Source of the DNA: Spirochaetia bacterium
Lineage (GTDB): Bacteria; Spirochaetota; Spirochaetia; UBA9216
Length of the DNA: 64,000 nucleotides
Direction of reading: 5' to 3'
NCBI GenBank assembly: GCA_965140585.1
Contig: OZ223269.1
Span: forward strand, 64,001-128,000
Below, piece after piece: positions 22,019 to 31,563 of the stretch (its first letter is position 1; each line of letters begins with the position of its first letter). A model generated the notes under the pieces. It did not search any database, was not told where the DNA came from, and saw nothing but the letters and a program-made list of their open reading frames with translations. The translations under genes were made by a program, and so were the position numbers.

Positions 22019-23199
22019 TCTTTCTTTGCCTTGTGTTCGGAATTGAGCAGGCTGGCCTTGGTGACCTTACTGCCCTTTGTTTTTATTGAAAAAACAGCCT
22101 TTTCAACCCTGTATTTTTTTTCAAACGGATCCTCAAACAGCTCCGGCTGTTCAGGTGAATCAGCATTCTCAACACTGTTGAAGCCTGTACCAATAAGTCT
22201 GACAGGCTCGGTTCCGTTCCATCTTGTGTTGAGCAGTTCGATGGAGTGCTGGAACAGCTCTTCCGCCGATGTTACATAGTGGTTCAGTGTTTTCTGCGCT
22301 GTTGTTGATGTGAAGTCGGAAAACCTGACCTTCAGGCAGAGTGTTTTGCTCTTCTTATTTTCCTTTATCATCCGGAACATTACGTGATGGGACAGCTCAA
22401 GAAGCATTTTCTCAAGGACTTCCCTGTCTCTCACATCTGAAGCGAAGGTTGTCTCGTTGCTGATTGAACTGCTTTTAACCGCTGTATTGTAGATGTCAAG
22501 ATCTACACCCCGGCATGCCTTATAAAGGAACTCGCCGCCTGATTTTCCGAATATGCTCATCAGGGCGTTTTCACTGAAAGTCCTGAGTTCTGGAATTGTT
22601 TTTATGTTTAAATCGGAGAGTTTTTCCAATGTTTTCTTGCCAAGGCCCCAGATATCCTTCAGTTCGAGCCTGTCAAGGAAGGCTTCGGTTTCTCCCTCTT
22701 TAACTATACACAATCCGTCAGGTTTGCCGTAATCGGATGCAAGTTTTGCAAGGAACCTTGTTTGAGCAGCACCTATAGAGATGTTAAGCCCCGATTCTTC
22801 TTTTACCCGTTTTTTTATCATCATGCCTGTATCATAAACACTGCCGAACAGCCGGTGAGTTCCCGTCATATCAAGAAAGGCTTCGTCAATGGATATCTGC
22901 ATGATATCGGGAGTAAACTCTTCAAAGAGCTTCATAATTCCGGCGGAAACGCTTTGGTAAAGTTTCATCCGTACCGGCAGGAAAACTCCCTCGGGACAGA
23001 GCCTTGAAGCTGTTACTGTGGGCATTGCTGAATGCACCCCGTATTTTCTTGCTTCATAGGAGCAGGCTGAAACTACTCCTCTTGAACCGGGGTTCCCTCC
23101 GATGATGACGGGTTTGCCGATAAGTTCAGGATTTTCACGCTGTTCAACAGCAGCGTAGAAGGCATCAAGATCTACATGAAAAATACGCTTCTTAATCAT
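22015..23199 (-). CDS. dinB: DNA polymerase IV
   Basis: HVDLDAFYAAVE, SYEARKYGVHSAM, SIDEAFLD, KPDG. Confidence 0.95.
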   Translation of the reverse strand: MIKKRIFHVDLDAFYAAVEQRENPELIGKPVIIGGNPGSRGVVSACSYEARKYGVHSAMPTVTASRLCPEGVFLPVRMKLYQSVSAGIMKLFEEFTPDIMQISIDEAFLDMTGTHRLFGSVYDTGMMIKKRVKEESGLNISIGAAQTRFLAKLASDYGKPDGLCIVKEGETEAFLDRLELKDIWGLGKKTLEKLSDLNIKTIPELRTFSENALMSIFGKSGGEFLYKACRGVDLDIYNTAVKSSSISNETTFASDVRDREVLEKMLLELSHHVMFRMIKENKKSKTLCLKVRFSDFTSTTAQKTLNHYVTSAEELFQHSIELLNTRWNGTEPVRLIGTGFNSVENADSPEQPELFEDPFEKKYRVEKAVFSIKTKGSKVTKASLLNSEHKAKKE

Positions 23200-25300
23200 C
23201 GGAATACCGGGAGATAATGCTCAGATCAGAACTGATTAGAAGAGGCTGCCCCTGGATCTGCTGTAAAGAAGGAGGCGTGAAGTACTTTGCTTCAACGGTA
23301 ATATTGATTATAGCAGCAGAATTAATTGTGAGCATGAAATCGAGCGGGGACGGCGGGTTTTTACCTGTATAAATCTCTATACGCCTTTCGCCTGGAAAGT
23401 ATGTTGACGGGAAGCTGCTGTCAAAAAGTATCAGATCCTTATCGGAATTGATTTCTATACTTACTTCATCAGGCTTTTCTTCAAAGCTAATCTCTGCTTC
23501 AATTACACGCCGGTTAAGAAACTTCCTTGATTCTAGTTCGAAACCGATCTGACTGTCATAAACAGGTCCTTGATCGGCCATTGCATATAGTTCCTCTGCG
23601 GTTGCCTCATTAAGCGGTGCCGGACTGTTTATTGACAGTTCATGTGTCCCCGTGGTTTCGTCTATAAGCCCTGTTACCTGTACAGGCTGGGGATTCAGTT
23701 CATTAAAAGGTGAATAGCTGATCAGAAAAATGAGTATTCCCGCCGTCACTGCGGCAAAAGGGATTGGTGCCAGCCTTGTTACGTATTTGGATGGAGAAAT
23801 AAGCATATCAATACGGATAAGAGCAAGAACAAAGGGCAGAATAATAACACTGAGCACCAGGTTTCCGGAAAGCGGGGACAGGGTTATCATTCTTATCACA
23901 GTCAGTGAGGGAAGCCTGAATATTTCATAGAGGCCTGTCGCCAGAAGGAAGACTGAAAGAATCAGCATTACAATTTTCATCCATGTTTTTTTTACAACTG
24001 AAAAAATGAAAATAAAAAACAAAGCCCACAGGCTGAAATAGGACAGGGAAATATCAATAACTGAAAGGACAATAAGACTTATAACAAGAAAGAATATGGC
24101 TGAAATTGAATAGAAGCTCCCTTTTCGGGAAAATGGCAGCTTGATGAGAAGCCGCATGAGAAGGGAATAGAACAGCATAGAAAGTGATATCTTGAAAATA
24201 AAAATCAATCCCGGATTGTATTCCCATAAATCAGGGAAAGATATCAGCTCCAGTATTGTTGAAGTAAGCAGTGTTCCCAGAGCCAGCAGGCCGAATGTGA
24301 CTATATAGAGCATGGGCAGAGACCATAGGTTTTTCGACAGGGTATGCATATACCAGCCGAAATGTCTGCGCTTGAAGATTGGATAAATCATCAGTAGAGC
24401 AATAATTATAAGCAGTAGAAAAATATAGGAGGTCTCTCCCAGTCCGAATACATAGTGGCTGTCCCATTCATCCGGGAATCCGCCCGATTCCGAGATTGTA
24501 AATGCTTTAATAAACGTCAGCAGTTTTTGAGCGGCCTCACCGGGTTCCTCAGCCGTCCGGCCTGACTCAGCCTGAAGTTCAACAGCAGGATATCCCTCTT
24601 CCAGATAGAGTTTAATAAGGTTGTTCTCTCCTGAAGCTCTGAGCCTGTAAAGAACCGACTGGGTTTTTGAATGGAGTGTTTTGAATTCTGCGGATTTCAA
24701 TGCATCAGATGTCGAACTGAACAGCCAGAAAGGTGTGGTATATCCGTCTGTTCCAGAAATTATTCGGATTTTATTGGAAGGTTTCTGCAAATTCAGATAG
24801 ATAACCGCTGCAGGCGCCTCGGGATAGAATGAATCCAGAAAGTTCCTTGACCCCAGCGGATAATTACGGTTTCTGCCGAATTCAGCACCCAGAAAAAGGA
24901 TTTTTATGGAAACAGCAGGTTTGTTTGCGTGGAAGTAGTCCGCTGTATTTAGTGCCGCAGCAATTGTAAAACTTCCTGCATTCCGGTCTGATTCATTGAA
25001 AGCTGTATCAACCGGTACTGCGATTACCAGTATGTTCTCCGCATTACCTTTTATATCAGCTTCTACCGCTGAAGAAAAGGAATGATAGCCTTCGGATTCA
25101 CTGAAATCCCGTTCAGAGTATTCGACTCCGATTTCATTTAGACGCTGTTTTATATAGCTGAAAGTTTCTTTTTCGTTAGAAGACCCCTCAATTCTTGGAA
25201 AAAGCTTGGAAAAATAGTTAATATCGTTTATTATAGTATCCGGGAATGAAACGCTTGCAGTTATCAGACATAATATTATAGAGAAGCACAGTCTTTTCAT
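23192..25300 (-). CDS. M28-peptidase-like domain fused to a multi-pass membrane domain
   Basis: PRIEGS...YI...ENIL...LGAEFG...GS pattern; about 8 hydrophobic segments. Confidence 0.55.
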   Translation of the reverse strand: MKRLCFSIILCLITASVSFPDTIINDINYFSKLFPRIEGSSNEKETFSYIKQRLNEIGVEYSERDFSESEGYHSFSSAVEADIKGNAENILVIAVPVDTAFNESDRNAGSFTIAAALNTADYFHANKPAVSIKILFLGAEFGRNRNYPLGSRNFLDSFYPEAPAAVIYLNLQKPSNKIRIISGTDGYTTPFWLFSSTSDALKSAEFKTLHSKTQSVLYRLRASGENNLIKLYLEEGYPAVELQAESGRTAEEPGEAAQKLLTFIKAFTISESGGFPDEWDSHYVFGLGETSYIFLLLIIIALLMIYPIFKRRHFGWYMHTLSKNLWSLPMLYIVTFGLLALGTLLTSTILELISFPDLWEYNPGLIFIFKISLSMLFYSLLMRLLIKLPFSRKGSFYSISAIFFLVISLIVLSVIDISLSYFSLWALFFIFIFSVVKKTWMKIVMLILSVFLLATGLYEIFRLPSLTVIRMITLSPLSGNLVLSVIILPFVLALIRIDMLISPSKYVTRLAPIPFAAVTAGILIFLISYSPFNELNPQPVQVTGLIDETTGTHELSINSPAPLNEATAEELYAMADQGPVYDSQIGFELESRKFLNRRVIEAEISFEEKPDEVSIEINSDKDLILFDSSFPSTYFPGERRIEIYTGKNPPSPLDFMLTINSAAIINITVEAKYFTPPSLQQIQGQPLLISSDLSIISRYSDD

Positions 25301-25326
25301 TATGTTTCACAATAAGGGAAATTACA

Positions 25327-25869
25327 ATGATTCGTCAAGATTTAAAAACAAGACTGCTACCCGAGATTGAAAACTGCAGAAGCATAAGAAGCTTTTCAGC
25401 CCGTCCCGTAGAAGAAGAAAAGATTGAAAGTATCCTTGAGGCAGGAAGAATTGCCCCGTCTGCCAAAAACAGACAGCCCTGGCGTTTTATAGTTATCACT
25501 GATGAGGATGTGCGAAAGCAGGTTGAAAAAGCCGCCTATGGTCAGGAACATGTCGGGCAGGCTCCGGTTCTGATAGCGCTTGGAACAACCAATGTAGATT
25601 ATAAAATGCCCAACGGTCAGCCTTCACATCCGATCGATCTCAGTTTTGCTGCATCTTTTATGCTTATTCAGGCCAATGCAGAGGGATTAGGCGGGTGCGT
25701 GATTACTACCTATGATGAACGGGAGATGGGTGAAATCCTGACTGTTCCTTATAAGATGAGCATTGTTCTTCTGTTGGCCGTAGGTTATCCGGATCTGTCA
25801 GACAGTGAACGAGACAGCCTGAGGGAACGGAAACCGCTTTCTTCAATAACTTCAAGAAATCACTGGTAG
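25327..25869 (+). CDS. nitroreductase family protein
   Basis: RSIRSF, APSAKNRQPWRF, AVGYP. Confidence 0.9.
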   Translation: MIRQDLKTRLLPEIENCRSIRSFSARPVEEEKIESILEAGRIAPSAKNRQPWRFIVITDEDVRKQVEKAAYGQEHVGQAPVLIALGTTNVDYKMPNGQPSHPIDLSFAASFMLIQANAEGLGGCVITTYDEREMGEILTVPYKMSIVLLLAVGYPDLSDSERDSLRERKPLSSITSRNHW

Positions 25870-25949
25870 TAATTATATTTTTCAGAATAAAAAATAATTC
25901 AGACCATAATATAATTCGTCCGGAAATTTAAAAATTAGGAGAACCTTCA

Positions 25950-26648
25950 ATGCCCACAATGTTTGAAATTTATAAAAATCATTCTGCAGAATATGATGAA
26001 CTTGTCAGCGCTGAGGATTATCAGGATAACCTTGGCGCATTTCTCCGCAGAAAGATAGAATGGAATGGTAAAAATGTCTATGAGGCTGGAATCGGTACCG
26101 GCCGTATGACTAAATACTATATTAAGTCAGCTGCTTCCTGTAGAGGATATGACAGGGAAATGCACATGCTTGAAAAATGCCGCAGTAATCTCTCTTCGTT
26201 CATGGATAAAATTACCCTCGGTCAGGCTCAAAATCTCGATCTGCCTGTACCTGAAATCCTGTCAGATGTTTTTATTGAGGGCTGGAGCCTTGGACATACT
26301 GCTGATGAATACGCAGAGACTATTTCTGATGTCTGCGGACGGATGGTTAACAGGATTAAAGAGATTGTTAAACCGGGCGGAGATATTCTGATTGTTGAAT
26401 CTCTGGGTACTCATGTTGAAAAGGCCGGTATTGCAAATAAAGCGCTTAATGATTTTCACACATACCTTGAAAATGAAGCCGGTTTTGAACGGAATGAGCT
26501 TCGTACTGATTATAAATTTAATAGCACTGCTGATGCTGCAAGAATATGCGGGTTCTTTTTCGGCGGGAATATGGGACGTGATATCATGGATAAGAAGCTT
26601 TCAGTTGTCAGGGAATATACCGGCGTCTGGTATCTTAAAAACATCTGA
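25950..26648 (+). CDS. class I SAM-dependent methyltransferase
   Basis: EAGIGTGRMT, VKPGG. Confidence 0.8.
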   Translation: MPTMFEIYKNHSAEYDELVSAEDYQDNLGAFLRRKIEWNGKNVYEAGIGTGRMTKYYIKSAASCRGYDREMHMLEKCRSNLSSFMDKITLGQAQNLDLPVPEILSDVFIEGWSLGHTADEYAETISDVCGRMVNRIKEIVKPGGDILIVESLGTHVEKAGIANKALNDFHTYLENEAGFERNELRTDYKFNSTADAARICGFFFGGNMGRDIMDKKLSVVREYTGVWYLKNI

Positions 26649-26678
26649 CGCCGTCTGAATTGACTTACAGGAAGCTCC

Positions 26679-27794
26679 TTATACTGTTTCTGCTTCCTCT
26701 GCAAGGGTGAAAGACAGCTTATTCCTTGAGTTAAAACGTTCTTCACCAAGGGCTATAAGCTTATCAAGCATGTTAGAGTAGGGCAGACCGCCGGCTTCGC
26801 ACATTTTTGAAAACATACTTATGCTTGTAAATCCCGGTATGGTATTTACTTCGTTCAGCAGAAGCTTTCCGGTTTTACGGTCAATAAAAAAATCCACTCT
26901 TGCCATACCTTCAATTCCGGCTTCGAGATATGCTCTGACCGCTGTATCTTTTACTCTTTCGATCAGCTCTTCAGGAATGTCCGCCGGAATTATTAATGCG
27001 GCTCCGTTTTCATCTATGTATTTTGCTTCATAATCATAAAACTCGTGAGTTGGCGCTATCTCTCCGGGGAGATATGCTTCGGCAGTGAAGTTTCCTATAA
27101 CTGAACATTCAATCTCTCTTGCATCAACTGCAGGTTCAAAAATTATTCTTGAGTCGAATTTAAAAGCCTTTATCACTGCATCGGAGAATTCCGTGTAATC
27201 ATCAGCCTTGCTTATTCCTACAGAGGAGCCTGCTCTTGCAGGTTTTATGAATAGCGGATATCCGTACTCATTCTCAAGTTCAGATGCAAAGTCTGTAAGT
27301 GAAAAATCACTGCCGCTGTATAAATCAATATTCAGCGACCGGCAGGGGACAGTGTCCAGACCTGCTGCCATCCATATCTTTTTTATGATTTCCTTGTCCA
27401 TGCCGATTGAACTTCCGGAAACGCCTGAGCCTGCATATGGGAGATCGGCAAGCTCCAGCAGTCCCTGTACCGTGCCGTCTTCTCCGAAGGTTCCGTGAAG
27501 AACCGGAAATACAAAATCGATATCAAGTTTTCTGCCTTCGCAGAAAAGACCGGCTCCGGGAGCAATATATGCCAGCAGGTTTTCATCAGCGGTAATTGAA
27601 AGATCCCTTCCTGCATCAACATCGGCTGTCGCCTCCGGCTGAAGGTACCATCTGCCTGCTTTAGATATTCCAACCGCAGTTATCTCATACAGTCCGCGAT
27701 CAAGGTGGCTTATCACTGACGCCGCAGAAAGCATCGAAACCTCATGTTCCCCTGATTTTCCACCGTAGAGTATGCAGATGTTTTTTTTGTCCAT
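26679..27794 (-). CDS. ddl: D-alanine--D-alanine ligase
   Basis: GGKSGEHEVS, LHGTFGEDG, GSSVG, FYDYEAKY, NEVNTIPG. Confidence 0.96.
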   Translation of the reverse strand: MDKKNICILYGGKSGEHEVSMLSAASVISHLDRGLYEITAVGISKAGRWYLQPEATADVDAGRDLSITADENLLAYIAPGAGLFCEGRKLDIDFVFPVLHGTFGEDGTVQGLLELADLPYAGSGVSGSSIGMDKEIIKKIWMAAGLDTVPCRSLNIDLYSGSDFSLTDFASELENEYGYPLFIKPARAGSSVGISKADDYTEFSDAVIKAFKFDSRIIFEPAVDAREIECSVIGNFTAEAYLPGEIAPTHEFYDYEAKYIDENGAALIIPADIPEELIERVKDTAVRAYLEAGIEGMARVDFFIDRKTGKLLLNEVNTIPGFTSISMFSKMCEAGGLPYSNMLDKLIALGEERFNSRNKLSFTLAEEAETV

Positions 27795-27896
27795 AATTCC
27801 CTTCTTAGCTGATTATACTTGGTCTTTTCGGCCGATTGTCATTATAATGTTAAAGTCTTTACTTGTAAATTACGGTACTGAGGAGTGAGATAAGCA

Positions 27897-28925
27897 ATGC
27901 CGAAGAAAGCAATAGATCCTGCAACATGGACTTTTCTGTTATATTTTGGAATCATTATTCTGCTGTACATACTTTCGCCGGTGATTGTCAGTGCGCTAAT
28001 GCTGGGACTGTATTTGTCAATGATCATTATGGTTCCTGCAAGACTCCTTGCTAAAATTAAATTTATTCACCGCAAGGCTGCGGTTATTATCTCATCGGTT
28101 CTTATTTTTGCACTTCTGGCAATTACGGTTGTTCAGATATTTCCGATTGTATTTGATGAAGGAAAGAAGTTATTCAATGCAATTACCGCCGAGGGATTTA
28201 ATCTGACGCTGCCTGTATTTTTTGAGAATATGAAATACAGCGATACCATTCACCAGCTGGTTGATATGCTGGGAACACGCATATTCAATGCTTTCTCGTC
28301 AGCCGGTATTTCGCTGCTGAATAATCTTATAAAGGTAATTCCGGACGCACTCACTGCTTCAATTGTTTTTATTATTGCAGCTTCATATCTTACAGTGCTG
28401 ATTCCGGTTATAAAGAAAAATCTCTGGAGGTTTTTCCCTGCCTCAACCAGGGACAAGTCAATAGGCTTTGTTGAGGATTATTACACCAGTCTGAAATCTT
28501 TTATAAACGGACAGATGCTTATTGCCGCCTGTGTAGGGCTGATTGTCGGTGTAGGCATGAAAATAGCCGGGATTCCGTATTCACTTTTTTTAGGATTTTT
28601 ATCCTTTGTCACTAATTTTATTCCGTATCTGGGAATCATAACTGCCGCGGTTCCTTCAATATTTCTGGGCCTGTCGCATTACGGTGGCTGGGGCCTTTTG
28701 AGGGTAGCCATTGTTCTCTTGCTTGGTAATCAGATTGAAGTATGGCTATTATCTCCGCGCATTCAGGGCGACCGTATGGAGCTGAACTGGTTTGTCATTC
28801 TTTTGGGCATACTTCTGTTCGGCGGTATCTTCGGCATTGCCGGAGTACTTTTTGCAGTCCCGATCATGGTGTTTATCAGGAACTACTGGATAGAATACGT
28901 AGAGGAATTCTATAAAATCAGATAA
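27897..28925 (+). CDS. AI-2E family transporter
   Basis: Multi-TM, FIPYLG, GIAGVLFAVP. Confidence 0.85.
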   Translation: MPKKAIDPATWTFLLYFGIIILLYILSPVIVSALMLGLYLSMIIMVPARLLAKIKFIHRKAAVIISSVLIFALLAITVVQIFPIVFDEGKKLFNAITAEGFNLTLPVFFENMKYSDTIHQLVDMLGTRIFNAFSSAGISLLNNLIKVIPDALTASIVFIIAASYLTVLIPVIKKNLWRFFPASTRDKSIGFVEDYYTSLKSFINGQMLIAACVGLIVGVGMKIAGIPYSLFLGFLSFVTNFIPYLGIITAAVPSIFLGLSHYGGWGLLRVAIVLLLGNQIEVWLLSPRIQGDRMELNWFVILLGILLFGGIFGIAGVLFAVPIMVFIRNYWIEYVEEFYKIR

Positions 28926-28968
28926 CCTTCTCCGGGATTAAGCTTACAGCGTTTGCAATTTTGCAGGT

Positions 28969-29565
28969 CTATGCGCGTCCGACCACCTGAGTGTAGATAA
29001 TCTTCTGCTGTTCAGCCAGTCCCATTTTGCTGTGAAGCTTTACACGGTCCACAAAGCCGAGGATGCAGGTGTTAAGACCTGCAGCGGTACAGTAAAGGTA
29101 TACATTCTGACTGATAAATCCTGTATCGGTTCCTGAAACAAAATATTTTCGATCATCATTTTTTGCCAGATACTTCTTCAGTTTTGAATAGTCTGAAACA
29201 TATACCAGTCCAAGAGGCGCATCTTTCATCATTTTTTGTGTTCCGATATCCGGCCTCAGATTATCTTCTTTTACACACTTCAGACTATGCTGAGCAGGAT
29301 TGTATAAAAATACTCCTGATTCAATAATGATGTAAACGCTGATTTCCTGTGAGTTTGATGCTGATGGTGCAGTCCGTCTGCTTTTACTTCGTTTAGTTTC
29401 AGCGAGGCTTATTCCGCACGCTGCCCACAAAATATTCGATATCTGCTGAATAGACAACTGCTCCCCGGAGAATTTTCTTTTTGAACGTCGTTGTTCCAGA
29501 GCTTTCATGAGAGGAAACGTAATATCTGTCTGAGGCGGGGGTAGCTTAATATCCGGTTCTTTCAT
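28969..29565 (-). CDS. SagB/ThcOx-type nitroreductase family protein
   Basis: RRSKRKF, LWAACG, RTAPSA, ISQNVYL. Confidence 0.85.
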   Translation of the reverse strand: MKEPDIKLPPPQTDITFPLMKALEQRRSKRKFSGEQLSIQQISNILWAACGISLAETKRSKSRRTAPSASNSQEISVYIIIESGVFLYNPAQHSLKCVKEDNLRPDIGTQKMMKDAPLGLVYVSDYSKLKKYLAKNDDRKYFVSGTDTGFISQNVYLYCTAAGLNTCILGFVDRVKLHSKMGLAEQQKIIYTQVVGRA

Positions 29566-29571
29566 ACAGAA

Positions 29572-29600
29572 AGGGTAGGGCTGCTTTAAAATTATTTCAA
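29572..29600 (-). promoter_or_regulatory. sigma70-type promoter, probably leaderless
   Basis: TTGAAA-17-TACCCT, 6 nt before ATG 29565. Confidence 0.5.
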
Positions 29601-29621
29601 ATTAATTTTTATAATTTATTT

Positions 29622-31166
29622 TTAGAATCCAAGTCCTCTGAGAGCCTCTTCCGCGGCGGTCTGCTCATCCCAGTCTACAGGACCGTCGGCATAGATTATT
29701 GTGCTTTCATGCCCCTTTCCCAAAAGCACAACGGTATCTCCCTCACTCGCTGTTTTAAAGGCTTCAAGGATGGCCGTTTTTCGGTCGGGTATAAGAAACA
29801 GATTATCACCCTCTGCTTTGGGGTTTGAAACCGGCTCTTCTGATTTTCCTTCAGCGCCGGCGGCAATCTGTCTGATTATATCCATTGGAACCTCGCCTCT
29901 GGGGTCCTCATCCGTAATAAAAAGGATGTCGGAATATTCCGCGGCAATCGCTCCCTGGATGGACCGTTTCTCAATGTCCCTTTCGCCTGCAGAACCGAAA
30001 ACGCTTATAAGCCTGCCGCGGCAGTTTTCCCTGAATACCGGAAAAACCTTCCTGAAAGATCCAGGGCTGTGGGCGTAGTCCACTATTACGGTGAAGGACT
30101 GCTTGCCGGTAATCAGTTTCATCCTGCCTTTTACGGCCTGAAGCTTCGGCAGAAGTCCTGCAAGATGAGCAGGTGATATTGGTGTGAGGTTATGAATTAC
30201 AGCAAAGGCTCCAAGCACATTTTCAATGTTAAAGCGGCCCGGCAGCTGAATTGAGGTTTGAAATGATTCAGTATGACCACCCTTTCTGATATTCAGCCTG
30301 AACTGATTACCTGTCGGCTCCTGTCTGATTTCATCAGCAAAGTAGTCAGCCTCCGGATTCAGGGTGCTGCAGGTATAGACCCTGTTTTGAGTTGCCTCAA
30401 TGAACGCTGCGGAACTTTCGTCATCAAGGTTTACTACCCCGAATGACTGTTTTTTAGCATTCACTTTGAGCTTTCTGAAAAGCTCTGTTTTATCTTTCCG
30501 GTACTGCTCAAAGCTGCCGTGAAACTCAAGGTGCTCATGGGTCAGGTTGGTAAAAACAGCGGCATTGAAATCAAGATTACCCAGCCGGTTGTTTTTAGGC
30601 GAGAGTCCGTGAGAAGTTGCCTCTACTACGGCATGAGTTTTACCGTTCCCCAGCATCTGTGAAAGCATCATCTGAATTTCAGTGGCCTCAGGAGTCGACT
30701 GTCTGTATGGATTTTTGGTTATTTCGTCGGCAATCTTGCAGGCTGCGGTTGAAATGAAGCCTGATTTTAAACCGCAGAGCTCAATAAGCTGATCTATGAG
30801 ATATACAGTGGTGGTTTTACCGTCAGTTCCTGTTACTCCCACGGTTATCAGTTTATCTGCAGGATTGCAGTAAAAGGCTGCAGATAATGGTGCCATAGCC
30901 GTCCGGGGATTATCAGTCATTATATAGGTGATATTCTCATCATATTCATCCAGAGCACGTGAATGCAGCACTGCTGCGGCACCTAGCTCGATGGCTTTAC
31001 CAATATATGAGTGACCGTCCACATGCAGGCCGTCCAGAGCGCAGAATAGAAAGCCCTTTTTTACCATACGTGAATCGTATGCCAATCCGCTGATAAGGGG
31101 ATCTCCCCCTCTTTTCTCAATTATATTGATATTAGCGGTTAAAGCTGATAATCTTTTTTCATCCAT
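29622..31166 (-). CDS. murE: UDP-N-acetylmuramoyl-L-alanyl-D-glutamate--diamino acid ligase
   Basis: YDSR, VTGTDGKTTT, EATSHGL, DYAHSP, DEDPRGE, GKGHE; start at ATG 31166 chosen from the promoter position. Confidence 0.93.
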   Translation of the reverse strand: MDEKRLSALTANINIIEKRGGDPLISGLAYDSRMVKKGFLFCALDGLHVDGHSYIGKAIELGAAAVLHSRALDEYDENITYIMTDNPRTAMAPLSAAFYCNPADKLITVGVTGTDGKTTTVYLIDQLIELCGLKSGFISTAACKIADEITKNPYRQSTPEATEIQMMLSQMLGNGKTHAVVEATSHGLSPKNNRLGNLDFNAAVFTNLTHEHLEFHGSFEQYRKDKTELFRKLKVNAKKQSFGVVNLDDESSAAFIEATQNRVYTCSTLNPEADYFADEIRQEPTGNQFRLNIRKGGHTESFQTSIQLPGRFNIENVLGAFAVIHNLTPISPAHLAGLLPKLQAVKGRMKLITGKQSFTVIVDYAHSPGSFRKVFPVFRENCRGRLISVFGSAGERDIEKRSIQGAIAAEYSDILFITDEDPRGEVPMDIIRQIAAGAEGKSEEPVSNPKAEGDNLFLIPDRKTAILEAFKTASEGDTVVLLGKGHESTIIYADGPVDWDEQTAAEEALRGLGF

Positions 31167-31173
31167 AACAGGC

Positions 31174-31203
31174 ATTATAGCTAACGGGGGAAAGATGTTT
31201 CAA
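31174..31203 (-). promoter_or_regulatory. murE promoter, probably leaderless; -35 lies inside queD
   Basis: TTGAAA-18-TATAAT, 7 nt before ATG 31166. Confidence 0.6.
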
Positions 31204-31560
31204 GTCAGAGTAGAAGATAATTTTGCAGCAGCGCATTATCTGGTCAATTATCACGGAAAGTGCGAGAATCTTCACGGCCATAATTACAGGGTCAGGGTTT
31301 TTGCGCAGGGAACTGAACTTGATGAAGGCGGAATGCTTACTGATTTTGGAGTTTTAAAGAAGGCTCTTAAACTTGTTCTGGATCGCATCGATCACAGCCT
31401 TCTGAATGAGAATCCTGTATTTGACGAAAGAGAACCCAGTGCCGAACTGATTTCATGGCATATCTATAAAGAGCTGAAGAAGGAAATCCCTGAGTGTCCG
31501 GTTTCAAGGGTTGAAGTCTTTGAAACCGACAAAAACATGGCTGCTTATATACCGGACTAA
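31195..31560 (+). CDS. queD: 6-carboxy-5,6,7,8-tetrahydropterin synthase
   Basis: FAAAH, CENLHGHNY, DFG, DHSLLN, PSAE, VFET. Confidence 0.9.
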   Translation: MFQVRVEDNFAAAHYLVNYHGKCENLHGHNYRVRVFAQGTELDEGGMLTDFGVLKKALKLVLDRIDHSLLNENPVFDEREPSAELISWHIYKELKKEIPECPVSRVEVFETDKNMAAYIPD

Positions 31561-31563
31561 AGC

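Noticed and set aside
26679-27794. VanA-type D-Ala-D-Lac ligase
   Set aside because: The omega loop is FYDYEAKY, typical of D-Ala-D-Ala ligases, and there are no van genes.
28969-29565. RiPP (azole) biosynthetic cluster
   Set aside because: The SagB-like oxidase stands alone; there is no YcaO or precursor peptide nearby.
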